A stretch of DNA of 64,000 nt. It comes from an uncultured Acidobacteriota bacterium (lineage in GTDB: Bacteria; Actinomycetota; Acidimicrobiia; Spongiisociales; ZC4RG35). The stretch covers positions 949,014 through 1,013,013 of the forward strand of contig CAVVCY010000003.1 of the NCBI GenBank assembly GCA_963746905.1, given 5' to 3'. The first letter of the stretch is position 1, and every line of letters begins with the position of its first letter. The notes beneath the pieces are model-generated. The model was given only the letters and a program-made list of their open reading frames with translations, ran no database searches and was not told the origin of the DNA. This document shows positions 1 through 9,043 of this stretch, one piece after another. A program made the position numbers and the translations under genes.

Positions 1-1625
1 ACGGCGGGCACCAGGAAGGCAACGACGCGAATACGCAGGGGTGTCTCGTTAGATGGATGGGCCAAGGCAGCAATCAGGTCTCCGGCGGCTCCGGCGAGGA
101 AGGCGACCGCGATGTACCAGTAGTTGTCGCTGATCAGGGTCATCAACGCCCCGCTCAGGCCGATGAGGACGGTCAGCGCCCCAAAAGGCACACGACCATG
201 ACGGAGGATCAGCAGAAGGAACCCGCTGATCAAGGCGGCCTGGATCAGCAGGGCAGAGGCCCCAAGTGCCTGCCGGACGAAGGGCTCGAGCCAGAACGGG
301 GTATGCCCCGAAGTGTTGGTGGCGATGGCCGAGCCATCAGCCGACCAACTGGCTCCGGCCCAGGCGTCATGTGCGCCCGGGTTGCGTGTCAGGTTTTCGA
401 CTCCCGAGCCATCTACTCCCATCACATAGAGGTCGGACTCCCCGGTCCGATCACTGGCGAACGAGATTCGAGCCCCATCCGGCGACCATGCCGGGGCTAG
501 ATCTGGGGCCTCGTCAGAGGTGAGCCGTGTCCACCCGCTTCCATCGGGGTGGATGAGAGCGATGTCCTGAGTGCCGGCTTCGTCGGTGTCAAAGGCGATC
601 CACTCGCCGTCCGGTGACCAGGTCGCTCCCGCCTCCGAGCCGTCGGCATCCGTCAGCTGGCTGGGGTCGCCGCCTGATGAGGACATCAGGTAGAGGTCAG
701 GATCGCCATCCCGGTCCGAGGTGAAGATGATCTGCGTCCCATCCGGCGACCATGCGGGGCCCCAATCGACGGCCTCGTCATCGGTCAGCTGAATCGCGGT
801 GCCTCCCTCGGCTGGGACCACGAGAATCTCGGCGTTGCCCTCCACCTCGGCAGTGAAGGCGATCTGGGACCCATCGGGGGACCAATCGGCGTGGTGGAAG
901 ATTGTGTTCCCTTCATACACCGTGACCTGTTCCGTGCCGTCGGCATTCATCACAACGAGTCGACCCACATCATCGGTGACCATGCTGACGACGAGCCGGC
1001 CGTCCGGGGCGAAATCGGGCATCCACACCTGATCGGTGCCATCGATCGGTATCCGAATCTGGCTTCCGCTTTCCGCCGAGACGATCATCAGATCCGAGCG
1101 GCTCGCATCGAAGCCCGACACGTCTTCCGGCCAGGTGTCGATTGCGGTGTGGGCGTACTCGGTGAAAGCCCCGAGGATTGCCAGCCCCATCGTCATCGAC
1201 GCAACCCATGGCAGCCACCTTGGGAGGGAGGTCGGCGGGCCCTTGTGCCATGCGGATCGCACGGGCCCGAAGACCATCATCAGCCCGCTGGTGGCTAGAG
1301 CCAGATGGGTCGGGCTCAGCAAAGCATCGACATCGGCTTCGATTCCGAACAGCTGGTGCCAGACGAGATCGGCCAGCCCTGAGGCGAGGAAGAGCGCAGC
1401 GCCGATCAGAGAGAGGCCGTAACCGGCGGGCAGGGATTCCGACCATCGCGCTCCACCGCGTCTTCCACGCAAGGCGAGGCCGAATAGGACGCCGCCGAAA
1501 AGCCCGGCAGCTGCATATAACAGTCCGTGCCAGGGAGTGAAGAACGTGTCGTCGACCCTCCCGTGAGAATGAGCCCAAAGGTCGATGAAGAACCCTCCAA
1601 CCAGGAGCACCGAGAGGATCCCCAT
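1..1625 (-). CDS. polytopic membrane protein with embedded TolB-like (PD40) beta-propeller; 3' end runs off the window
   Basis: Absent from the ORF track because no stop lies inside the window. Hand translation of the minus strand (codons at 3k..3k+2) is open from the stop at 1755-1757 down to position 1. ATG at 1625 gives MGILSVLLVGGFFIDLWAHSHG, followed by about 170 aa of hydrophobic helices. Repeated DWSPDG / PAWSPDG / ATWSPDG ... DLY(L/V)M PD40 motifs follow (about 990-420), then more hydrophobic helices to the edge. Start uncertain (alternatives GTG 1703, TTG 1742). Confidence 0.75.
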   Translation of the reverse strand, partial: MGILSVLLVGGFFIDLWAHSHGRVDDTFFTPWHGLLYAAAGLFGGVLFGLALRGRRGGARWSESLPAGYGLSLIGAALFLASGLADLVWHQLFGIEADVDALLSPTHLALATSGLMMVFGPVRSAWHKGPPTSLPRWLPWVASMTMGLAILGAFTEYAHTAIDTWPEDVSGFDASRSDLMIVSAESGSQIRIPIDGTDQVWMPDFAPDGRLVVSMVTDDVGRLVVMNADGTEQVTVYEGNTIFHHADWSPDGSQIAFTAEVEGNAEILVVPAEGGTAIQLTDDEAVDWGPAWSPDGTQIIFTSDRDGDPDLYLMSSSGGDPSQLTDADGSEAGATWSPDGEWIAFDTDEAGTQDIALIHPDGSGWTRLTSDEAPDLAPAWSPDGARISFASDRTGESDLYVMGVDGSGVENLTRNPGAHDAWAGASWSADGSAIATNTSGHTPFWLEPFVRQALGASALLIQAALISGFLLLILRHGRVPFGALTVLIGLSGALMTLISDNYWYIAVAFLAGAAGDLIAALAHPSNETPLRIRVVAFLVPA

Positions 1626-1802
1626 CCCAATGTCGAGCCGGCTCGGATTCGGCTCGGCTCTGACGACGATGTCGGGCGTCGCTTGTGTCGGATCGGACGG
1701 CACGGTCGGAGTGTATGAAATGAGACATCCTGGAGCAGGCAAGAGCGTCGGCCCTCACGAACCCGTTCCAACCGAATCCGACATGTCGTACGCTCTCACC
1801 GA

Positions 1803-2162
1803 GTGATGACGATGGACGCCATGGTGAATGAGGATCTACCCCCAATCCTCGATGCGGCCCAGGTGGCGGAGTTGCTGGGGATGAACGTCCAGATGGTGAG
1901 GCGCTATGCCCGCGAGGGTCGCCTTCCTGCGTACAAGCTCCCCGGAGGCCGCACCTTCAAGTTCTTCAGAGACGAGATCTTCGAATGGGTTCGCTCCCAT
2001 CCGGTGATCGCCGACCCGGCATCCGGGGAGGGCTCCCAACCCGTGACGAGGGGTGGGCGGGCAGCGCTAGTCGGCGCCGAGTTCAGGTATCGAACGCCAC
2101 CGCTTGGTCGATGTAATACACGAGGGCTTCCTCGGCGATGTCGTCGACCGATCGGAGTTTGA
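1803..2162 (+). CDS. helix-turn-helix DNA-binding protein, excisionase/MerR-like
   Basis: ORF track. LDAAQVAELLGMNVQMVRRYAREGRLPAYKLPGGRTFKFFRDEIFEWV fits the excisionase-family HTH pattern. The last ~30 codons overlap the convergent DUF1801 gene and look non-coding (R/G/P rich), so the C-terminus is uncertain. Confidence 0.55.
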   Translation: MMTMDAMVNEDLPPILDAAQVAELLGMNVQMVRRYAREGRLPAYKLPGGRTFKFFRDEIFEWVRSHPVIADPASGEGSQPVTRGGRAALVGAEFRYRTPPLGRCNTRGLPRRCRRPIGV

Positions 2163-2436
2163 GGTGCTTGGAGACATGACCCACGCCTTGGAGGAGGTTG
2201 TACCTGTCTTCGAAGGAGGCCCCGCGGGAGAAGGCGAAGGTGATGTCCTTCTTGGTGGGGCTGATCACCGCCAGACCCTTGTTCCGGGTGTAGTTGGGAA
2301 TTCCATAACTGATGTGCTCGCGGGCATCGGGGACGTGTTTCTTCATCAGCTCGCGGAGCATCTCGACGACCGGCCGCAACTCGGGCAGGACTTTGGCGTT
2401 GACGAACTCGTCGACTGTTATCTCATTGTCTGCCAT
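2083..2436 (-). CDS. DUF1801 (YdhG-like) domain protein
   Basis: ORF 2083..2550 trimmed to Met39 (MADNEITVDEF) at 2436, preceded by GGGAG. ITFAFSRGASFEDRYNLLQGVG...LKLRSVDDI is typical of DUF1801. Confidence 0.7.
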   Translation of the reverse strand: MADNEITVDEFVNAKVLPELRPVVEMLRELMKKHVPDAREHISYGIPNYTRNKGLAVISPTKKDITFAFSRGASFEDRYNLLQGVGHVSKHLKLRSVDDIAEEALVYYIDQAVAFDT

Positions 2437-3364
2437 GAGGCTCCCTCTGGATCGTGCGCTTGAACCGACCTTCCGGAATCGACGATCCGGTCCGGAGCAG
2501 CGCCAACTCCCACGATGGCGAGTAGCCAAGGGCCCAACGCAGGCCGGCAATTGCGGTGCGGCCGGCGGTCATGGCACCGGGGGCCTTGGTGAGCCCGAGT
2601 ATGGAACGCACCCGGATGGGAAGGGTGGCGACGGCTGCTTCCAGGAGGATCTTGTAGCCGATCTTGATCCCGGGCTCCAAAGGCGGGTCGACGAGAAAGT
2701 CGACCGCCTCCCGCATCTCCGGGGATGGGGCCAGTTCGGGATGAAGGCCGATCCATCTCGATAACTCCGGCGCGGTGATCGGCATTGGGTCGGAGTCGAG
2801 CAGCGCGCCCACCCGGGTTTGCTCGAGGACGAAGGAATCCTGGTCGGACAGGGGAGAGGGTGAGTCGCCCGTATGTCTGGTGGGCGACCAGAAAGGAGTC
2901 GGTCAGGGCGTTGTGCACCCAGGCCGCGTAGCCGGGATCCCCGGCGTCGTATGGAATGCCGCGGCTGGAGACTCCCGAGACCACACGGTGGATCCGCCGC
3001 ACCTGGGCCACGGCGGCGTCGATCTCGGGCATGCGGCCCCGTAGGTGGTGGCTGTGACGTAGGCCGAGGTACGGGAGAGCCGGCCCAGGGGATCTTCCCG
3101 GTATCTCGAATGGTCGCCGACGCCGGCAACCACTTCGGGATGCGCCGCTTGGAGGATGAGGGCGCGTATCCCACCGACAAAAGTCGCCACATCGGCAAAC
3201 ACCGACCAAGACACCGATCCCGGTCCCAACAGGCCGGGATCGTCCGGGTAGTCGAGGGTGTGCTCGAGGGGATAGGCGGCATGAGTGAAAGGCGAGGTCG
3301 CCGAGGACGCGATTCGCTCCCTCAAGCCCTCCAAACGGCCACTAAGCGCTGTCGGAATCTGCAA
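2423..3364 (-). pseudogene. DUF2236 / MpaB-family oxygenase, disrupted by two compensating single-nucleotide frameshifts
   Basis: Family motifs are spread over two frames. Frame of ORF 2903..3577: GPGSVSWSVFADVATFVGGIRALILQAAHPEVVAGVGDHSRYREDPLGRLSRTSAYVTATTYG. Frame of ORF 2418..3209: MPEIDAAVAQVRRIHRVVSGVSSRGIPYDAGDPGYAAWVHNALTDSFLVAHQTYG. Then back to the first frame (ORF 2423..2812): LSDQDSFVLEQTRVGALLDSDPMPITAPELSRWI... Shift points are about 3033 and the GGGG run at 2851-2854. The 5' end is uncertain (TTG candidates at 3364, 3334, 3325). Confidence 0.65.
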
Positions 3365-3443
3365 GACGGGCCCATTATCAACCCCCTTAACTCCAAGCTG
3401 ACCGGGCCGTACTGTCGGTGGCGTGATCGCGAGCAGCGAGATG

Positions 3444-3995
3444 TCAGCGGTGATGAGAGGTGATGACCGCCAGGATCGAGTCGTTGGGCACCAGAACCGT
3501 GAGATGGTCCTGTCGGATCTCGACCTGATCGGCGGCAACCACCGCGATCGAACCGACCAGAGCCCTCCCTTCGGCAACTACCAGGCGCACCATCTCGCCG
3601 CTCGACGCCAGCTCTGCCAGGCGGGCTTTGAGACTGGTGGCGTCTCCAGATTGATCGCGACCTGCTCCGGGGTCGGGTTCGAGAGTCCAGATGGCCCGGT
3701 CGAGGCGGACGGAGACCTGGTCCTCCACTCTCTCGATGGTCACGTAGTCGGTGCCCGCGAACACGACCTGACCGGCGAAGGTCTGGGTTCCCGATTCGGC
3801 TCGAACCCGCTGTCCGCGGTGAACCCACTCGAGTGCGAGGTCGGCCATCCCCAGCCGCCGCCGGCGGAGGAGCTCGGTAAGGCGCTCATCCTCAGCCGCC
3901 TCTTCGATCATCTCCCGGCCCGCCTCGCGGAGAACCGACTCCAGCTCCGGATCGTGATTCTCTTGCTCGTTCATGTCTTTTCGCGCTCTCGACAT
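3444..3995 (-). CDS. hypothetical protein (acidic N-terminus, two similar beta-rich halves)
   Basis: ORF track. Composition looks coding. It is divergent from the tad operon and no family was recognised. FAGQVVFAGTDYVTIERVEDQVSVRLDRAIWTL and LVGSIAVVAADQVEIRQDHLTVLVPNDSILAVI look like an internal duplication. Confidence 0.55.
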   Translation of the reverse strand: MSRARKDMNEQENHDPELESVLREAGREMIEEAAEDERLTELLRRRRLGMADLALEWVHRGQRVRAESGTQTFAGQVVFAGTDYVTIERVEDQVSVRLDRAIWTLEPDPGAGRDQSGDATSLKARLAELASSGEMVRLVVAEGRALVGSIAVVAADQVEIRQDHLTVLVPNDSILAVITSHHR

Positions 3996-4027
3996 CGGGT
4001 GCTACCCCGAAGATAGGTTGTCGCCCC

Positions 4028-4705
4028 GTGGCATCGGGCCCCTCTGTCATATCGAGGGAAGCGGGCACCTCTTCACCACCGGCCAGGCCGGCGCGTCGTC
4101 GACCTTCACTGTCGCACATTCTGATCGCGGTAACGGTGATCCTGGCTTTCGGTCTCAACTATCTGGCTCTTCAGAATCGTGACGCCCAGGTGCTCGTCGC
4201 AGTAGCCGTCGCCCCGATTTCGGAAGGATCCACGCTGACGGCCGATGTTGTGAAGTTCGTTCCACTGGCCTCGGGTTTCGGGGCATTGGAGGCGCTTCTC
4301 CTCGAAGACGAGCTCGATGCCATGGAGGGTCGGATATTCGCCCGGTCAATACCCGCCGGCGGTCTTGTTGATGACAGTGCCCTGGTCGAGCCCGGGGCGG
4401 AGGATGGTCATCGGGCGATGAGCATTCCAGTAGCGATCGAACATGCAGCAGGCGCCCGGCTCGTGGTCGGGGATCGGGTTGATGTGATCACGGTTGCCGA
4501 CGGAGTCGCACGGTTCGTCGCGACCGACCTCGCCGTGATCGAGCACGCCGACACCGAGACCAGTGGCCTTTCCACTGGGGCGTATCACGTCACAGTCGCG
4601 GTCGACAACGACGAAGCCCTGGCGTTGGCGGAAGCGATCGCCGCCGGTTCCCTTGAGATCATTCGCTCGACGGGAGCGACGCCGATGTCAGGGTCTGGAG
4701 GATGA
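4028..4705 (+). CDS. cpaB: Flp pilus assembly protein CpaB/RcpC family
   Basis: N-terminal TM helix (ILIAVTVILAFGLNYLAL), then a SAF-like segment (VLVAVAVAPISEGSTLTADVVKFVPLAS). First gene of the tad operon. Its stop overlaps the next start. Confidence 0.75.
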   Translation: MASGPSVISREAGTSSPPARPARRRPSLSHILIAVTVILAFGLNYLALQNRDAQVLVAVAVAPISEGSTLTADVVKFVPLASGFGALEALLLEDELDAMEGRIFARSIPAGGLVDDSALVEPGAEDGHRAMSIPVAIEHAAGARLVVGDRVDVITVADGVARFVATDLAVIEHADTETSGLSTGAYHVTVAVDNDEALALAEAIAAGSLEIIRSTGATPMSGSGG

Positions 4706-5799
4706 GCATGGGGCCTGAGTTGGCGCTGGCGGCCTCGGCCCGGGACTGGCCTGATCGGGTGCATCGGTTTCTGCTCGATCACGGTGGAGGCCGGGTCCTG
4801 GCGCGGGTCATGGGCCCTGAGCAGGCAATCAACGACCAATACGACGTCCTCCTCATCGACGACGTGTGCTCGTTCCTCACCCCGAGGCTGGTGCACCGTC
4901 TGCGAGAGGCCGGCCGCGAAATCGTAGGTGTCTACAGCCCGGGCGACGGCCCGGATGCCAAACGGCGCCTTCTCGAGTGTGGGATCACAGATGTCATCGA
5001 GGCAGACGCCGAGCCCGAGGAGTTTGTTGCGATGTCGGCGGCCGTCCTCACCCATCGTGCCGTCGTCACTCGCGAGGCCCCAGCGAGATCATTGACGTTT
5101 CGAATAGGAGTGATGGGATCGGGCGCTGGCACCGGCGTCACGGAGGTGGCGATTGCCCTGGCCGGGCAGCTGGCGGGTCGGGGATCCGCCCTCCTCGTAG
5201 ACCTGAATCAAGCATGGCCGGCAGTCGCGCAACGTCTCGATCTGACCCTTCATCCGAACCTGCGGACCGCGGTCGACCTCGCCCACCACTCACCGGACCG
5301 ACTCGACGAAGCCCTACACCAAGCCGGCGGACTCGATGTGGTGACCGGTCTCGCCAACCCCGGCCCAGGACAGGAGGTGCCCGGCCATGAATTGAGCGGG
5401 CTGATCAACGATCTGGCGATGCGTGGATATGAGTTCTTGGTCGCCGACCTCGGGCCAATGGCGGATCTGCCCGACCTTGGCGAGTTCGGACTGCTCATCG
5501 TCGTTGGGACCGCGAGCCCGGTGGGCCTGACCCGTCTCGTCCAATGCCTGGAGAAGGTTCCCACCGGTTACCGCGCACCACTCTTGGTCGTTGTCAACAG
5601 GGCACCCGCGGGCACCCATCGTCGAAGCGAGATCCGATCGGAGTTGAGCCGCGCTGTCTCCGGAGTGCCGGTGGTCCTCCTTCCGGCTGATCCGAAAATC
5701 GAGACCGCCGCCTGGAATGGAGTCATCGCAGACCGTGGTGGATTCCATCGGGCGGTCAAGGACATGGCTGCCCTTCTCGTTGATGCGAGCCGCTCATGA
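4702..5799 (+). CDS. tadZ: TadZ/CpaE-like pilus assembly ATPase-like protein (receiver-like N-domain plus ParA/MinD fold)
   Basis: IGVMGSGAGTGVTEVAIALAGQLAGRGSALLVDLN is a ParA/MinD-like P-loop region with a degenerate Walker A (no Lys seen). Position between cpaB and tadA. ATGA overlap with cpaB. Confidence 0.75.
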   Translation: MSMGPELALAASARDWPDRVHRFLLDHGGGRVLARVMGPEQAINDQYDVLLIDDVCSFLTPRLVHRLREAGREIVGVYSPGDGPDAKRRLLECGITDVIEADAEPEEFVAMSAAVLTHRAVVTREAPARSLTFRIGVMGSGAGTGVTEVAIALAGQLAGRGSALLVDLNQAWPAVAQRLDLTLHPNLRTAVDLAHHSPDRLDEALHQAGGLDVVTGLANPGPGQEVPGHELSGLINDLAMRGYEFLVADLGPMADLPDLGEFGLLIVVGTASPVGLTRLVQCLEKVPTGYRAPLLVVVNRAPAGTHRRSEIRSELSRAVSGVPVVLLPADPKIETAAWNGVIADRGGFHRAVKDMAALLVDASRS

Positions 5800-7070
5800 C
5801 AACCGACGCCTACCAGGAGATCAGACGACGCGCCCTGGAGCGGATCGACGGCGCGGGCATCGATCCGACTGAGGAGTCGGGACCATTGATCAAGCTTCTC
5901 GAGGAGGCAGTCGACGACTATCAGAGAATGGCCCACCTCGGAAAGGGCCGCTCCCTGGCTAATCCAGAAGAGACCGTGCAGAGGCTCTATCGGTCTGTGT
6001 CAGCGCACGGGCCGTTCGGCGAGCTGCTCGAGAGGGAGGACGTCGAAGAAGTCTTTATCGAGGGTGACCGGGTTACCTACCTGGAAGCAGGCGGGTGGCT
6101 CCGCGGCCTGGAGACGCCAACCACCGAGGAGGAGAATCGCCAGCTGATCGAGCGCTTGATCGCCACGACCGATCGGCGTCTCGACGCCTCGAATCCGATC
6201 GCTCAGGCGCGAATTCTGGACGGGACTGCTCGTTTGACCGCTGTGATCCCACCTGTTGCAGATCGTCTCTCGGCGACAATCCGGCGCTACGCCCTGCGCC
6301 GCGAGACGATGGACTCTCTCGTTGGGCTTGAATCGCTCACCCCGGCAGCCGCCTCTTTCCTCTCATCCGCGATGCGGGCGTCGACGTCGGTGATTGTGAG
6401 TGGTCCTCCCGGCGCCGGCAAGACTTCGTTTCTCTCAGCTCTCATCGCTGCAGTTCCGGTCTCTCATTGTGTGCGCGCCTGCGAAGAGGTACGTGAGCTC
6501 CACGTTCCCCTGATCCACGGCTCGTACTACGAGGCCCGACCTCCGGCGCTCGACGGTGGAGGCGAGATTGCACTCCGCGACCTGGTGAAGGTGACGCTGG
6601 CGATGCGCCCTGACTTGATCGTGGTTGGTGAGGTTCGGGGAGCGGAGGCATTCGAGCTCACTCGAGCGGCCAATGCAGGTTGCGGCATGGTCTGCACGAT
6701 CCACGCCAACTCCGCCCCTGATGCGCTGGCTGCGCTCGTCAACGCGGCTCTGATGGCGGGCGAGAACGTTCCGGAGCGAGTGGTGCGCAAGATATTCTCG
6801 ACTTCGATCGACTTTCTCGTCCATCTGGATCGGGACGTCGAGCCCTCGGAGGGGAAGATCCGACGGCAGACCGTCGAAATTCGCGCTCTGGTTCCCTCGC
6901 TCCACGAGGACTTCTCGTCGCAACCGCTGTTCGTCAGGGAGCGCATGGGAGGGCCGATGGTCTGGACCGGAGCTTTGCCGCCCGAACCGGTTGCCCGCCG
7001 ACTCCAGGACGCTCTGCCGGACGGTTTGACACTGTCGGAAGTCATGAAGGGCACGGAGAGCTCGTGGTGA
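5796..7070 (+). CDS. tadA: CpaF/TadA family secretion ATPase (T2SSE)
   Basis: Walker A SGPPGAGKTSFLSAL. VGEVRGAEAFELTRAANAGCGMVCTIHAN matches the VirB11/CpaF core. Confidence 0.9.
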   Translation: MTTDAYQEIRRRALERIDGAGIDPTEESGPLIKLLEEAVDDYQRMAHLGKGRSLANPEETVQRLYRSVSAHGPFGELLEREDVEEVFIEGDRVTYLEAGGWLRGLETPTTEEENRQLIERLIATTDRRLDASNPIAQARILDGTARLTAVIPPVADRLSATIRRYALRRETMDSLVGLESLTPAAASFLSSAMRASTSVIVSGPPGAGKTSFLSALIAAVPVSHCVRACEEVRELHVPLIHGSYYEARPPALDGGGEIALRDLVKVTLAMRPDLIVVGEVRGAEAFELTRAANAGCGMVCTIHANSAPDALAALVNAALMAGENVPERVVRKIFSTSIDFLVHLDRDVEPSEGKIRRQTVEIRALVPSLHEDFSSQPLFVRERMGGPMVWTGALPPEPVARRLQDALPDGLTLSEVMKGTESSW

Positions 7071-7927
7071 CCTTCCTTGCGGCGACAGCGACTGCGACGG
7101 CCGTTGGCCTGATGATTTTCGCGATTCACTCCGCCTATCGCCGCCGTCAGAGGGTGGCCCCGATCGAGGCGCCGTGGCAAGCCCAGGCCGGAATCGACGT
7201 GACTCCGACCCAGTTCTGGTTGGCGTCGATAGGGGCCGGGGCGGTGACCTATTTGTTGGTCTTTGCGGTCACTTCTCTGCCTGTGATCTCGGCGATGCCC
7301 GCGCTGGTCGTGGCGACACTTCCCCGGGCCTACTTCGGCCGTAAGCGGGGGCGTCGCTTGGCCGAGGTCCAGGAAGCGTGGCCGGATGGGTTGCGGGACC
7401 TCATCTCTTCGGTGCGCTCCGGAGCCTCGTTGCCCACTGCAATAGAGAATCTCGCCGGGTTCGGGCCGGCACCCCTCCGCTCTGCGTTCCAGGGCTTCGC
7501 CGTCTACTCGCGATCCCTCGGGGTGATACCTGCATTGGAGATGGTGAAGTCCGACCTGGCGGACCCGACTTCTGACCGGGTGATCGAAGTGCTGATCCTC
7601 GCCTACGAGCGAGGAGGGGCAGTCGTTCCTGAGATCCTTTCCGACCTGGCTGAAGCGACAACCCGCGACATCTGGACCCTCGAGCAGATTCGAACCGAGG
7701 CACTGGAGCAGAAGATCAATGCCCGGGTGGTCTTTGTCCTCCCGTGGTTCGTGCTGATCGCGATGACCGCCAAGGATGGTGCATTTCGCGAGTTCTACTC
7801 GACCGCGGCCGGACTGACAGTCGCTGCCATCGGCGGCGTCATGAGCCTTCTCGGAATCGCGATTGCGTCGCGGCTGGGCAGTCAGCCTGCCGAGCCGAGA
7901 GTGTTCACCTCGGGAAGGGTGCCGTGA
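7064..7927 (+). CDS. tadB: type II secretion system F family protein TadB
   Basis: Polytopic protein with a T2SSF-like cytoplasmic domain (WPDGLRDLISSVRSGASLPTAIENLA). The start overlaps the tadA stop. Confidence 0.8.
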   Translation: MVTFLAATATATAVGLMIFAIHSAYRRRQRVAPIEAPWQAQAGIDVTPTQFWLASIGAGAVTYLLVFAVTSLPVISAMPALVVATLPRAYFGRKRGRRLAEVQEAWPDGLRDLISSVRSGASLPTAIENLAGFGPAPLRSAFQGFAVYSRSLGVIPALEMVKSDLADPTSDRVIEVLILAYERGGAVVPEILSDLAEATTRDIWTLEQIRTEALEQKINARVVFVLPWFVLIAMTAKDGAFREFYSTAAGLTVAAIGGVMSLLGIAIASRLGSQPAEPRVFTSGRVP

Positions 7928-7929
7928 CC

Positions 7930-8850
7930 ATGTCGCCACTGGTCCTCCTGGCTGCGACGGCTTCGGCGCTGGCCGTAGGGCTCCTGGTCCATCATCTGGT
8001 CCCGCCGCCTCGATCGCTGGCGTCCCGCATCCATCCCTACCTTGCGCCCGCCCGGTCGATGTCACGGTCGCACCGCGCCGGCGGCCCGATTTCCGAGGTG
8101 TTCGGACCGATTGTTCGCCATCTGGCTGAGACCCTGGGGAGGTTGCTCGAGAGGTCAGGCGACCAGGTGACGATTCTGAAACTGCGGCAGGCGGGCTGGT
8201 ATCGCCAGCTCCCAGAGGAGGAGATGGTTTCCGCCTATCGCGTCACGCAATTGAGGTCGACAGCGTTGGCGATTGGACTTGCGGTGGTGGCGGGATCGGC
8301 GATCGGTGCATCGTTGATTCAGCGGCTGATATTGATTGGCCTCGGCTTGCTCATCGGAGCGACCAGGCAGCGATCCAAGATCGAGAAGGCGATCGAGACC
8401 CGCAGGGAATTGATGCGGATCGAGGTGTACACCGTCAATCAGCTCCTGGCCATGCGGGTGCGGGCGGGAGGTGGTGTCGTCCACGCGGTCACTTCCACGG
8501 TCGCTCGGGGACGCGGTGAGGTCATCAACGAGTTGGCGGACGCTCTGCGGCTGCATCGCGCAGGATGGAGAGCCGGTGACGCGTTCCGCAGGATCGCCGA
8601 GCTCACTCCCGAGCCGTTCTGCAGCCGGACCTATCGGCTCCTTGCCTCTGCCGAAGAGCGGGGCGCTGATCTAGCCGGGGCCTTGCTCGATCTAGCGGAA
8701 GATGTTCGGGAGACACGGCGTGAATCGATCAAGCGGTCGGCAACCAAGCGGCGGGCGGCGATGCTGGTGCCAACTATCGCCATCCTGGCCCCGGTCTTGA
8801 TCCTGTTCGTTGCGGCACCGCTTCCAAGTTTGATCACGGGCTGGCGATGA
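7930..8850 (+). CDS. tadC: type II secretion system F family protein TadC
   Basis: ORF 7744..8850 trimmed to Met63 (MSPLVLLAATASALAVGLL) at 7930; GTG 7924 (GTGA overlap with tadB) is an alternative. T2SSF-like domain plus C-terminal TM helices. Confidence 0.8.
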   Translation: MSPLVLLAATASALAVGLLVHHLVPPPRSLASRIHPYLAPARSMSRSHRAGGPISEVFGPIVRHLAETLGRLLERSGDQVTILKLRQAGWYRQLPEEEMVSAYRVTQLRSTALAIGLAVVAGSAIGASLIQRLILIGLGLLIGATRQRSKIEKAIETRRELMRIEVYTVNQLLAMRVRAGGGVVHAVTSTVARGRGEVINELADALRLHRAGWRAGDAFRRIAELTPEPFCSRTYRLLASAEERGADLAGALLDLAEDVRETRRESIKRSATKRRAAMLVPTIAILAPVLILFVAAPLPSLITGWR

Positions 8851-8863
8851 AAGGAGGCCGACC

Positions 8864-9043
8864 ATGCCCGATGTAAACCAACTACTGCGCTCGATGCGCG
8901 ACGACGACCGGGGGCTAAACACCGCCGAGCTAATGGGGAACGCCGCCCTGGCGATCGCTGCCTTGGTGGTGATCTGGGGAGCACTCCAGGCGCTCGGGGT
9001 CGACATAGTCAGTTGGATCCGCACCTCGCTGATCGGAGGGTGA
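8864..9043 (+). CDS. flp: Flp-type pilin, actinobacterial DUF4244-like (59 aa)
   Basis: Below the 60-aa cutoff of the ORF track. AAGGAGG at 8851-8857, ATG at 8864. Product: MPDVNQLLRSMRDDDRGLNTAELMGNAALAIAALVVIWGALQALGVDIVSWIRTSLIGG. It has a G/xxTAE processing-like motif followed by a hydrophobic helix. The TGA overlaps the GTG of the next gene. Confidence 0.7.
   Translation: MPDVNQLLRSMRDDDRGLNTAELMGNAALAIAALVVIWGALQALGVDIVSWIRTSLIGG

Noticed and set aside
970-1845. 291-aa minus-strand ORF and several plus-strand ORFs at 57-1540
   Set aside because: A different minus-strand frame, open to the window edge, encodes a coherent TM + PD40-repeat protein. The listed ORFs are Arg-rich out-of-frame readings of it.
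6527-8065. 512-aa minus-strand ORF spanning tadA/tadB
   Set aside because: It is antisense to two genes with clear family motifs. The product is Arg/Gly/Pro/Ser-rich low-complexity sequence, typical of high-GC antisense frames.
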